Positions 53,076 to 61,975 of a stretch of 64,000 nucleotides of DNA are shown piece after piece. Both the position numbers and the translations under genes were made by a program. This DNA comes from Candidatus Omnitrophota bacterium (GTDB lineage: Bacteria > Omnitrophota > Gorgyraeia > Zapsychrales > Fredricksoniimonadaceae), in assembly GCA_013286575.1 (NCBI GenBank), contig JABDFL010000002.1, positions 11,143-75,142 on the forward strand, given 5' to 3'. Numbering within the stretch: the first letter of the stretch is position 1; each line of letters opens with the position of its first letter. Below the pieces are notes generated by a model. The model was given only the letters and a program-made list of their open reading frames with translations. It did no database searches and had not been told where the DNA came from.

Positions 53076-54710
53076 CTACGCCGGATTCAATTTCCTGATG
53101 AGCTCCTGATTGACGCTGACATCAATAGGTATTTCAAAAACACATAATTCCTTTAAACTAAGGGACCGCTTTAACTGCCCTGTGAGTTCACGCAGATTGC
53201 CCGGCCTGTAGCCTTTGATACCAAAACTTTCGGCGTAAGCCTTAAAATCCGGGTTGGTTATTTTTGTTCCTGTGCTTGCCCCCTTGCTCATCTGCTGCTT
53301 CCAGCTGATCAACCCGTAATCATTGTCATTAAAAATGATGACCGTAAAGCCTACATTCAAACGTTTGGCGGTTTCCAATTCCTGAGAATTCATTAAAAAC
53401 CCGCCATCTCCCATGACCGCGACAATCCGCCGGGCAGGGGAATGCAAAGCCGCAGCCACCGCGCCGGGTAAAGCGATCCCCATGCTGGCCAGACCATTGG
53501 AAATAATGCATCCATTGGGGCAACATGCCGAAAAATTCCGGGCCACCCATATCTTATGGCTGCCGACATCGCTGATAAGCAAATCATCATTGTGCATGAG
53601 TGACTGAAGGATATTCAGCACCCCGGGGACCGTAAAAGGCTGTCCTTCTTTAAGTGCATAGGTGCTTCTGTCTTTGATGATGCGCCAACGGACAATCTTG
53701 TACCAGCTGCTGTCGAAAACAACACCATTGCTGTCTAATTTTTCGTTCAGCGCTTTTAAAGTAGCAGGAATGTCTGCCACTATTTCCACATTCGGCTGAT
53801 AATGCACGTAAACCTCTGCCGGTGTAAAATCAATATGGATGATTTTCTTGGATTTATCAGGGTTCCAGGCATCGGGCGCATACTCGGCGATATCATACCC
53901 GACCGCGATGATCAAATCCGCCTGGTCAACGGCATCCATCACAATATCGCGAAAACCAAAACCGATGGTAAATAAAGACTGCGTCTCCAAATCTGACACT
54001 GCCCCCTGTCCCATAAAAGTGTGGGCCACCGGAATATTGTGTTTTTTGACCAATTCAGTTAACTGTTCCGATGCCATTTTACGCACAGCGCCATTGCCCG
54101 CGATGATCATGGGGTGCTGTGCTTTTTTCAAAAGGCCCACCGCTTCCTCGAGCGCAGCATTATCAGGGTCCGGCCTGCGCACACGCTTGGAAAGAATAGG
54201 CTCGCCCTGAATTTCATCACCTGCCACATCTTCAGAAAACTCAATATGGGTGGCCCCCGGCTTTTCACTCTCAGCAACTTTAAATGCTTTACGGACAACT
54301 TCCGGTATCACCTGGGCCGCCGAAATTGTCCCATTCCATTTGGTGACCGGATGAAACAAATCAACAAGATCAAGGTACTGGTGGCTTTCCTTATGGAGTT
54401 TTTGTATGCCTGCCTGGGCTGAAATAGCGACCACCGGGCTTTTATCCAAATTAGCATCAGCGACACCGGTCACCAGATTAGTGGCACCGGGCCCCAGGGT
54501 GGACAGGCACACGCCTGCCTCTCCGCTTAAACGGCCCCACATATCAGCCATAAAAGCAGCCCCCTGCTCATGCCGGGTGGGGATAAATTTAATGGAAGAT
54601 CTTTCCAAAGAAAATAAAATGTCCTCCATTTCCTCACCGGGAAGGCCGAAAACATATTGGACGCCTTCATTTTCCAGGCATTTAACGAACAGATCAGAAC
54701 CTTTCACCAT
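53076..54710 (-). CDS. ThDP-dependent acetolactate-synthase-family enzyme (possible 2-oxoglutarate decarboxylase)
   Basis: LSTLGPGATNLVTGVADA. ThDP motif VMGDGGFLMNSQELETA...IIFNDNDYGLI. Start at ATG 54708-54710 (MVKGSD...), preceded by GGGAGGA; the track start is a TTG. Confidence 0.75.
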   Translation of the reverse strand: MVKGSDLFVKCLENEGVQYVFGLPGEEMEDILFSLERSSIKFIPTRHEQGAAFMADMWGRLSGEAGVCLSTLGPGATNLVTGVADANLDKSPVVAISAQAGIQKLHKESHQYLDLVDLFHPVTKWNGTISAAQVIPEVVRKAFKVAESEKPGATHIEFSEDVAGDEIQGEPILSKRVRRPDPDNAALEEAVGLLKKAQHPMIIAGNGAVRKMASEQLTELVKKHNIPVAHTFMGQGAVSDLETQSLFTIGFGFRDIVMDAVDQADLIIAVGYDIAEYAPDAWNPDKSKKIIHIDFTPAEVYVHYQPNVEIVADIPATLKALNEKLDSNGVVFDSSWYKIVRWRIIKDRSTYALKEGQPFTVPGVLNILQSLMHNDDLLISDVGSHKIWVARNFSACCPNGCIISNGLASMGIALPGAVAAALHSPARRIVAVMGDGGFLMNSQELETAKRLNVGFTVIIFNDNDYGLISWKQQMSKGASTGTKITNPDFKAYAESFGIKGYRPGNLRELTGQLKRSLSLKELCVFEIPIDVSVNQELIRKLNPA

Positions 54711-56001
54711 GTCCTCCCTTTTTTCGGTCCGGTACAGCAACTATCTTGGTCAATATGGCCCCGGTGGCTTTGGACAAGTTCCTGACCAAACCCCATTGGG
54801 CCTTCATCAACCGCATCTTACTTTCCCAATAACTGTGTTCAATGGACTTACGGGCAAAGCCCTGGATGCATAAGGAGGTATATATATCTAAAGCTTTTTG
54901 AACGCTTTTATCCATGGAAAAAAGACCTGCTGTCTGCCTGCAAGCCTGCTTGATCTTTTTTAATCTTACGGCCGGTTGTTTTTGGACCCATTCCAGACCG
55001 GAAACGAAATCATCAATATTTTCATCAGGCACCAAACACCCATTAACGCGGTCCTGGACAACTTCACGTACTCCAGGCGCATCCACCGCCACCACAGGTA
55101 CTGATGAGGCCATGGCCTCATCCAAAACAATCCCCTGTGTTTCACTTTGCGAGGAAAAAACAAAGACATCCATGGCATGATAGGCATCCGCCAATTTCTT
55201 TCCTTTCAATACTCCTGCCATATGCAGGCAATCCTCAAGGCCCTCTTGAATAAAAATGTTACGGATCATTTCTTCCGATGGGCCCTGACCGCCCACCAAA
55301 AAATGGACCCTGGGATACTTTTTCATGAACGCGGCCACGGCCCTCGCTAAAAATTCCAGGTTCTTCTCCGGTGCCAGACGGCCGACATACCCCACCACAA
55401 ATGCATAAGAGGGTATGTGTAATTTTTTCCGCAAGACCCTGCCGGCCCCATGGGCAAAATGTTTCACATAGATGCCGGTGGGGACGACATGGATGGGGGT
55501 CTGCACCCCTCTTTCCCTCATCATCTGCATGACACTTTCACTGGGGGCAAATACGCAATCCGCCAAATTGGCATATCCCGTCGACAATTCAATCACGAAA
55601 CGTTTTAACGCTTCTTCGTTACCCGGCAGATAATGCACATTTTCTTCATATAAGGTGTGGTGGGTAAACACCAGCGGCACATTAAATTTGGAAGCGATCC
55701 GCAAAGCAGTGTCCCCGACCAGATAAGGATGCTGGGAATGCACGATATCAGGACGGAATTCCCCCAGGGCTTCCTGCAGCACGCCGGGAAGGGGCAATTG
55801 CAGGGAAAAATCCGTACCGTTAAAATTCTCAACAGCAGGGACACGGACCACATCCTTTTCAGCCTTCATGCCCGGATACTGGGGAGCAACAATGATGACC
55901 CGGTGGCCGCGTTTGCGGTATTCTTTGGCAAATGACTCTATGGATTTTTCCAAACCGCCCACTAAAGGTTTATACGTGTTGGTCATCAGCAGGATATTCA
56001 T
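54694..56001 (-). CDS. GT4-family glycosyltransferase
   Basis: MNILLMTNTYKPLVGGLEKSI and the E-x7-E region FSSQSETQGIVLDEAMASSVPVVA. ATGA overlap with the upstream gene. Confidence 0.8.
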   Translation of the reverse strand: MNILLMTNTYKPLVGGLEKSIESFAKEYRKRGHRVIIVAPQYPGMKAEKDVVRVPAVENFNGTDFSLQLPLPGVLQEALGEFRPDIVHSQHPYLVGDTALRIASKFNVPLVFTHHTLYEENVHYLPGNEEALKRFVIELSTGYANLADCVFAPSESVMQMMRERGVQTPIHVVPTGIYVKHFAHGAGRVLRKKLHIPSYAFVVGYVGRLAPEKNLEFLARAVAAFMKKYPRVHFLVGGQGPSEEMIRNIFIQEGLEDCLHMAGVLKGKKLADAYHAMDVFVFSSQSETQGIVLDEAMASSVPVVAVDAPGVREVVQDRVNGCLVPDENIDDFVSGLEWVQKQPAVRLKKIKQACRQTAGLFSMDKSVQKALDIYTSLCIQGFARKSIEHSYWESKMRLMKAQWGLVRNLSKATGAILTKIVAVPDRKKGGHGERF

Positions 56002-58229
56002 ATAAGCGCCTCCATCATTCCGATTTTCACAGAGGTGACATTACCATCAACTATATGGGACTCATGGCCGGGCAACCGGATTTCAATGCGGGGCGCTTTA
56101 CCGTGCCACTGCGCCTGCCAGCTGATCTCAATGCATTCCTCAACCTTGATAGTTACGGAAATCTCACCGTATAAAGTCCTGGTGGGCCCTAAAAAAAGAT
56201 TTTCTTTAGGCTTAATCCATTCTTTGGGGATCCCGGAGCACAAAACCAGCATTCGCTCCGCCTGCTCTTCACGTACAAACATATTGCGCAGCATCATCAC
56301 CCATTCCGCAGAAGCCCATACATGCTGGCCATCCCCCATGCAGCCGCCCCTTGTCCTGGGATGGATGGCTTCCGGCCATTGGCCCGTCGGGGTCGCCAGG
56401 TCAGCAACGGATTTGACGATATTAAAGAACCTTGGGTTCGCGGCACGCAATAACACCTGTGCTATATGAAGTGTCAAATAAATATTGATCCCTGAATGGC
56501 TGATCTCATGATAAAAAGCCCCTTGCAGGAAATATTTATCCATCAGAAATTTAGTGGTCTGCAGGATGCGCTCATCCCGGGCATCATAAATTTGTAATGG
56601 ATAGCTGGCAACCAGGCAGCCGATGGCGCCGGCATCCATACGCCGGGAAGGAGAAGCCGGAATACCAGGGCAACGCAGACGGTTTTGAAGAGAGGCCACG
56701 CTGTCTTCAATGGCATTGAGCAAACCATCCGCCTCACGTTTAAAATCCTCCGCCAGCTTCGGGTCGTCATGGGTCGAGGCCAGTGCAGAGGCATCCCTCA
56801 ACCCCGCAACAGCCCAAAAATTGTCCCAGTAATAAAAATCACTGGGGCCAAAATGTTCCGCACTGAAACCGGCAGGCAAGAGGCCCGTATGCAAGGGATC
56901 ATTGTCAGATGTACGGCGTTTGCGCTCAATCCATTGGGCGCCCCGGTAAATGCTTGCCATCCATTCTTTCTTTATATCTCTATTGATGGTGTCCCTAAAC
57001 CGCTTCATGATCCAAATTGCCTGTCCGTTGGAATCCCATTCTCCCTCTTGGGACACAAAATAACCCAGGGGAGTCTGCCGTGCCGGAAAACGGTCCATGA
57101 TCTCTTCCATATGCCTGGACAGGCCTGCCGCCATCATGGCTTGCAAAATAAAAGCGGCATCCCGGAACCAAAACCGCTTATACGTAAAAGGCCCCGGGTA
57201 TATGTCCCCCGGGGAATGCAGAATCATTGTTTTGACAGCAACATTGAAAAGAAACTCGAATTTTGGGTCAGGGACCTTCAATGAGCAAGACCGCTGCACA
57301 TGTTTTCCCCAATTGCCGGATGCCCCTGCCGCCGATGGGGAAAGCGGGACCCTGACCGTCACCCGCTCTCTCTGACCGGGAACAAGGGAATATAGTGCGG
57401 CACTTGTAGCCATGCCGGTATTGCATGAAACAGACACCGGCCCCTGCTCTTGGGCCATATTTGCACAAAGGTCACCCGAGGCATAATTGGCAAAAACATA
57501 CCGGAATGGTTTATGATCCAAATGGACTTCTTCTTTTTTATTGACCATCCACCCTTCAACGCCGTCAAGCCGCCCGATATTCTTTATAAAACTCACCCCC
57601 TCAGGATTATACGGCCTTATGCAAATCATTAACCATGCGGGCTGGTCTGTCAGCGCATTAAAAGAAATAACACAGACCGGTGGCCCTCCCGGCTTGACTT
57701 CAGCGCGCGATTCTAAAAAAAATTTCTCGGATTTTGAAGTGGTTAAAACGGCAAAGGTATTTTCAATATCCAAATCCTGGTTGACATAGGCCAGACGGGA
57801 AGGAATAAGGCTTTTTTTTTCATCGATAATCCATGCATCCACTGACCATCCGTCAAAAAAGGGTGTCACTAACCCGCAGGGGTCCACTATGGGAAAATCT
57901 GAAAAACCGGGTAATCCCACCGCTGTCCAATTACGATGGGTCAAATTGATATGCGTCAAACTAAATGCCCTTGGAATAAACGCCTTATCGTTTGGATTAA
58001 ATTGTCTTTCCACCCAAAAAGGCCACACCCAGTCCAGATTATTCTGGATGGCCTGGCTGTTAATCAACCCCCTGGCTTGCAGGACGGCGCCTGAACGCAA
58101 CAATTCTACCGGGACCCATACTTCCGAAGGCTTGGAAAAATGCTGCAGATTAGAAATCACCACCATGGGATCCAGAAATCCCTGGGCACGGGCCAAACGT
58201 CTTAAAATAAATTTCCATAAAGGCCACAT
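55998..58229 (-). CDS. Large protein with C-terminal six-hairpin (alpha/alpha)6 glycosidase-like domain (GH15/GDE_C-related)
   Basis: KRFWFRDAAFILQAM and CMGDGQHVWASAEWVMMLRN resemble glucoamylase/debranching-enzyme catalytic-domain motifs. The N-terminal ~330 aa are unrecognised. Confidence 0.45.
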   Translation of the reverse strand: MWPLWKFILRRLARAQGFLDPMVVISNLQHFSKPSEVWVPVELLRSGAVLQARGLINSQAIQNNLDWVWPFWVERQFNPNDKAFIPRAFSLTHINLTHRNWTAVGLPGFSDFPIVDPCGLVTPFFDGWSVDAWIIDEKKSLIPSRLAYVNQDLDIENTFAVLTTSKSEKFFLESRAEVKPGGPPVCVISFNALTDQPAWLMICIRPYNPEGVSFIKNIGRLDGVEGWMVNKKEEVHLDHKPFRYVFANYASGDLCANMAQEQGPVSVSCNTGMATSAALYSLVPGQRERVTVRVPLSPSAAGASGNWGKHVQRSCSLKVPDPKFEFLFNVAVKTMILHSPGDIYPGPFTYKRFWFRDAAFILQAMMAAGLSRHMEEIMDRFPARQTPLGYFVSQEGEWDSNGQAIWIMKRFRDTINRDIKKEWMASIYRGAQWIERKRRTSDNDPLHTGLLPAGFSAEHFGPSDFYYWDNFWAVAGLRDASALASTHDDPKLAEDFKREADGLLNAIEDSVASLQNRLRCPGIPASPSRRMDAGAIGCLVASYPLQIYDARDERILQTTKFLMDKYFLQGAFYHEISHSGINIYLTLHIAQVLLRAANPRFFNIVKSVADLATPTGQWPEAIHPRTRGGCMGDGQHVWASAEWVMMLRNMFVREEQAERMLVLCSGIPKEWIKPKENLFLGPTRTLYGEISVTIKVEECIEISWQAQWHGKAPRIEIRLPGHESHIVDGNVTSVKIGMMEALI

Positions 58230-58245
58230 ATATTATCCCATACAC

Positions 58246-58320
58246 GGGAAATATTCCCTGTAACTTGCTCATCTTTGAGAGGTTTAGTAAAAACCGGGCA
58301 AGTCATAGGGAATATTTCCC
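58246..58320. promoter_or_regulatory. Imperfect 23-nt inverted repeat (20/23) with 29-nt spacer upstream of the 743-aa gene
   Basis: GGGAAATATTCCCTGTAACTTGC (58246-68) and GCAAGTCATAGGGAATATTTCCC (58298-320). Each arm contains the near-palindrome GGGAA(A)TATT(T)CCC. Confidence 0.4.
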
Positions 58321-58374
58321 CTACTGCCGCCACTGATGCATGGCTACCATTATGCGGCAGGTGGTGCACAATAA

Positions 58375-59028
58375 TTATGAAAGATCCCCTTGTTCTTCCG
58401 GATTTTCCAGATTAGGATTTCCTTCGCTGATAAAACGGGAAACATCCGTATTTTTATTTTTCTTCTTGATGCCTCCCCTGCGGAACTTTTCCTTAGGTAT
58501 ATAAAACCCTCCTTGCTGCCGGTCGAAATCTTTAGGGTCTATGGTCTGGATGTTAATGATGCCCTGGGCCAATTCGTTTAAATGAAAATTCATGGCCCGC
58601 TCATCATTAAGGGTCTTAGTAAATAATTCCACGATCTTCGTGTGCCCAAGATCAGCCGCGTGCTCGCGGACCTTTTTATATTCGGCAATTTCGTATTGCT
58701 CCATCCGCTGCGCCACCCAGATAATGGCAGCATCCCGGGTTTGGGACTTTTCTGTTTTCTTTATTACATCTTCACTCTCGGCAATAAGTTCTTTCATGGT
58801 TTTACAGTTCGACTTTTGGGGGGTCTGTCCGGTATTACTAAAAATACCCTGTAAGCGGTCAATATGTTCCCTGGTAATTTCCAGATAACTTCCCAGGGTG
58901 TTCTTTAATGCCGATGATTGGCTGGCCTCTGCCATTTTAGGCAGGGCCTCGATCAGCTGGTCCTCCGCGTCTAACAAATTAGCCAACTCTTCCACTAATA
59001 AATCGCTCAAGGATTCTGTTTTTCTCAT
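58375..59028 (-). CDS. DUF892 (YciE/YciF ferritin-like) stress protein with basic C-terminal tail
   Basis: LLVEELANLLDAEDQLIEALPKMAE, RDAAIIWVAQRMEQYEIAEY. Start at ATG 59026-59028, preceded by AGGAGG; the track ORF starts at a GTG. Confidence 0.7.
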   Translation of the reverse strand: MRKTESLSDLLVEELANLLDAEDQLIEALPKMAEASQSSALKNTLGSYLEITREHIDRLQGIFSNTGQTPQKSNCKTMKELIAESEDVIKKTEKSQTRDAAIIWVAQRMEQYEIAEYKKVREHAADLGHTKIVELFTKTLNDERAMNFHLNELAQGIINIQTIDPKDFDRQQGGFYIPKEKFRRGGIKKKNKNTDVSRFISEGNPNLENPEEQGDLS

Positions 59029-59048
59029 AGTCTGCCTCCTCTTTAGAT

Positions 59049-59378
59049 TCACACCATATCTTCACTTTCCATTGGGACCCTTGTGATTATAATCGCCGTA
59101 TTTTTATTACGGGCCGTTTGATACTCCACCTGGACATTGTCTCCTTCTTCAAGATCTGACAATCGTTGCATATTGCTATACCGGGTGTTCGGGTCAATTT
59201 CCACGCGGACTTCTCCGCCATCGAAATCATCTGAGACCTTGATGGAACGGGGATCTATGTCTTTGACGCTCCCCGCCACCACTCCTCTGGTGTTAAATGA
59301 TTCTGCCCGGTCGCTTACGGCAAGGAAAACAACACCGACCGCAATTACGAACATTGTAAATAATAAATTGATTTTCAT
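59049..59378 (-). CDS. Small exported protein, unknown function
   Basis: Signal anchor MKINLLFTMFVIAVGVVFLAVS. Alternative ATG at 59408. Confidence 0.5.
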   Translation of the reverse strand: MKINLLFTMFVIAVGVVFLAVSDRAESFNTRGVVAGSVKDIDPRSIKVSDDFDGGEVRVEIDPNTRYSNMQRLSDLEEGDNVQVEYQTARNKNTAIIITRVPMESEDMV

Positions 59379-59429
59379 AAATCCCGCCTCTACAAAGAGT
59401 GTCCGCATCTTTTTTTCCCACCCCTACGC

Positions 59430-59469
59430 TACCAAAAGGAAGATGAAAATCAGATGAAACCAGAATTAA
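59430..59469 (-). promoter_or_regulatory. Copy (d) of the recurrent 40-nt element
   Basis: TACCAAAAGGAAGATGAAAATCAGATGAAACCAGAATTAA, in the divergent region, 21/51 nt upstream of ATG 59408/59378. Confidence 0.5.
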
Positions 59470-59495
59470 TTTTGTGTGTGAGCTTCCAAACCAGC

Positions 59496-59524
59496 TTGAC
59501 TCATTTACGGATTTTCAATAAGAT
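59496..59524 (+). promoter_or_regulatory. Sigma70-type promoter candidate for the MMPL gene, predicting a leaderless mRNA
   Basis: TTGACT (59496-501), 17 nt spacer, TAAGAT (59519-24), 7 nt (GTGAACG), then ATG 59532. No SD. Confidence 0.5.
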
Positions 59525-59531
59525 GTGAACG

Positions 59532-61661
59532 ATGAAGCGCATCGATCTCCCACAGCTAAGCCGCGAGGCATGGGTTTTCATCTGCCTGACAATCACCAGC
59601 GCCCTGGTGCTTTTTAACTATGTCAATCTTGTTCCCCGCGTAGATGATAATTTTTTCTTTTCCAGCACCGACCCGCAATTTAAAGACGAAAATTCGATTT
59701 CCCGTTTGTTCAAAAGAAAAGACACCTTATTGATCATCAATGCCGCAGGCCCGGTCAGGTCCCCGGAATATCTGCAAAATGTCCGTGAGATTAGCGCCTC
59801 TCTTTTAAAATTAGCAGGGATCATTGATGTCAAAAGCATAGCGCGCGGTCCCAACGGACTCGAAGATGCCATCAAAGGCCCCTTATGGGACCGCCTTTTA
59901 ATTTCCCGGGACCTAAAATCCACCAACATTGTTGTCTTCCTTAAAGGTTCTTTTTCGCCAAGCCTTATCTCAGCCATCGAAAAACTGACCATCAAATATT
60001 CCCGGAATAATTTTCATTTAATCATGTCCGGCCCTCCCTATATCGTGGAATTGATCAGCCGCCATCTGCTCAAAGATATCCGGGTCTTCAGCCTTCTGGT
60101 GCTGATCATATTCGGGATGGTGGTGATGTTTATTTTCCGTTCCACCGGCATCCTTCTGGGGGCCGTAATCAGTTGTATCGGCGCATCGATGTGGACATTG
60201 ATGATCATCCACATGCTGGGTATCAAAATCGGCCTGTTAACGGCCAACTTGGCCACCATTGTCTTTGTTTTGACCCTGTCCCATATCATCTTCCTGACCT
60301 ATAACTGGAAATTTATCTGTTCCCAGCATGAACATGAGTCACCTGTAGTGGAAGAAGCGGTTCATATCACTTTTTCCCCCTCTTTTTGGAGCATGATGAC
60401 AACCTTGCTGGGGTTCTTAAGCCTTCTTTCTGTTCCGGCACAGCCCTTAAAAGAATTAGGGGCTTCCGGTGTCGTCGGTGCCCTGGTGGCCATTAGTGTC
60501 GCCTACAGTGTTTACCCCGCTTTTCTTCGTCTGGTCGAACCGTCATTCTCGAAAAACAACAGCCTCGACCGTTATCAAAAGAAAGTCGAGCAATTCCTTG
60601 AGAAAAAGAAAAAACTGACGGTCATAGGTATTTTCGTCCTGTTTGTATCGGCTTCACCGGGATTATGGAGGGCCAATACCGATCCCAGCCTGCTCTCATT
60701 CTTTAATAAAAATAGCAGCCTCGAACGGGGTTTGGTCTACATTGACCATCATGGAGGCAGCAGCCCGCTGATCCTCGTCGTCAAAAGGACCAACGGTGAA
60801 AAACTCGATACTGATGATTCTTATGGTAAACTCTGGGACTTAGAACTTTCCCTGGAACACGACAGGGAAGTGGGAAGCATTATTTCTTTGCCTGTGCTCA
60901 TGGCTGAGGCCAAACGGAATATCCTGGCTTCCCTTCTGTCCTGGGAAGGTCTCCTGGATATACTCGGACAACCCCAATTCAACGGAATTGCCAAAAGCTT
61001 TATCACTGATGATCACAAAGAAGGGCTTTTTCTATTAAGGATGAATGAATCCAACCGGAAAATTTCCCGGCTTAAGGTGATCGGTGAAATCAGAAAAATC
61101 GTTAATGCCCATGGATTTACCCTGGCACTGACCGGAGGGATTTATAGCTTGCAGGGACATCTATCAAAACTGGTGGCTTCCAGCATCATCTTCGGGCTCG
61201 GGCAACTGATCATCATTTTTTCCCTGATCGCGTGGGTGGTCTCAAGATCGGTAAGGATTGCGTTTGCCATCACCTTAAGTATTTGTGTTATTCCGGTCAT
61301 TGTCCTGGGGATGATAGGATGGTTTCGCGTTCCCCTTGATGTTATATCGGCGCCGGCATGCAACATAGCCCTGGGGCTGGGCATTGATTCCATGATCCAC
61401 ATGGTAAGGGCGTACCGACGGCAAGAACGTCAAAACAATAAAGATTCCGAAAGCTGGGCTAAAATCAGGCACCGCTTCTGGCAGCCTGTGCTGACCTTTA
61501 CCCTGGTGATGGCCCTGGGTTTCGGCATTTTCATGTTTTCCGAATTCCCCTCGACCCAACGTTTCGGCGTGGCCGTTGTCTTTGGCGCGCTCATTGCGTG
61601 CATGACCGCTTTATTTGTTATGCCTACGACAGCTCAACTTAATATTAAAAAGCAGCGTTGA
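59532..61661 (+). CDS. RND-superfamily exporter of the MMPL/HpnN-like type
   Basis: 709 aa with two 6-TM bundles, each preceded by a large periplasmic loop (the second bundle includes GIDSMIHMVRAY). Confidence 0.7.
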   Translation: MKRIDLPQLSREAWVFICLTITSALVLFNYVNLVPRVDDNFFFSSTDPQFKDENSISRLFKRKDTLLIINAAGPVRSPEYLQNVREISASLLKLAGIIDVKSIARGPNGLEDAIKGPLWDRLLISRDLKSTNIVVFLKGSFSPSLISAIEKLTIKYSRNNFHLIMSGPPYIVELISRHLLKDIRVFSLLVLIIFGMVVMFIFRSTGILLGAVISCIGASMWTLMIIHMLGIKIGLLTANLATIVFVLTLSHIIFLTYNWKFICSQHEHESPVVEEAVHITFSPSFWSMMTTLLGFLSLLSVPAQPLKELGASGVVGALVAISVAYSVYPAFLRLVEPSFSKNNSLDRYQKKVEQFLEKKKKLTVIGIFVLFVSASPGLWRANTDPSLLSFFNKNSSLERGLVYIDHHGGSSPLILVVKRTNGEKLDTDDSYGKLWDLELSLEHDREVGSIISLPVLMAEAKRNILASLLSWEGLLDILGQPQFNGIAKSFITDDHKEGLFLLRMNESNRKISRLKVIGEIRKIVNAHGFTLALTGGIYSLQGHLSKLVASSIIFGLGQLIIIFSLIAWVVSRSVRIAFAITLSICVIPVIVLGMIGWFRVPLDVISAPACNIALGLGIDSMIHMVRAYRRQERQNNKDSESWAKIRHRFWQPVLTFTLVMALGFGIFMFSEFPSTQRFGVAVVFGALIACMTALFVMPTTAQLNIKKQR

Positions 61662-61872
61662 CTAAGGTCGCCGGTTGCTCTTTGGAATCCGGTTGCGCCT
61701 CTGAGGTGCTTGAATTAACTGCCAGAGTTGAATCAGTTGCTGAAGTTGAATTTACCGTTTGGTTTGAATTGGCATAATTCTTAAACCCGTCTTCATTCAC
61801 AGAAGAAACCTGCTGACGGCATCCCTGCAGAATGATGAAACACAAAAGACACATAAGAAGAACAATATTCAC
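61645..61872 (-). CDS. Small Ser/Thr/Asn-rich lipoprotein
   Basis: GTG 61870-61872 preceded by AGGAGG (6-nt spacer); signal/lipobox (M)NIVLLMCLLCFIILQGC. The 3' end overlaps the convergent MMPL gene by 17 nt. Confidence 0.55.
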   Translation of the reverse strand: MNIVLLMCLLCFIILQGCRQQVSSVNEDGFKNYANSNQTVNSTSATDSTLAVNSSTSEAQPDSKEQPATLVNAAF

Positions 61873-61910
61873 CTCACACCTCCTTTCCTTTGCTTTACCC
61901 ATTTTTACGT

Positions 61911-61950
61911 TAACAAACAGAAGATGAAAATAAAATGAAACAAAAATTAA
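61911..61950 (-). promoter_or_regulatory. Copy (e) of the recurrent 40-nt element
   Basis: TAACAAACAGAAGATGAAAATAAAATGAAACAAAAATTAA, 38 nt upstream of GTG 61872 and 25 nt after the stop at 61976. Confidence 0.5.
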
Positions 61951-61975
61951 TCTTGCTGCAGGCGGTCCCCTAAAA

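Noticed and set aside
55998-58229. The 743-aa protein as the missing TreY partner of TreZ
   Set aside because: It has no GH13 motifs. The C-terminal domain looks like a six-hairpin GH15/GDE-type fold instead.
61911-61950. Reading the recurrent element as a sigma-54, ECF-sigma or Bacteroidetes-type (TTTG ... TAnnTTTG) promoter
   Set aside because: There is no GG-N10-GC and no AAC-N16-CGT pattern. The TTTG-N19-20-nnnnTTTG spacing fits loosely in two copies, but the TA of the -7 motif is not conserved and the genes use strong SDs, unlike Bacteroidetes. I could not find a consistent -10 hexamer either, so the promoter geometry stays unresolved.
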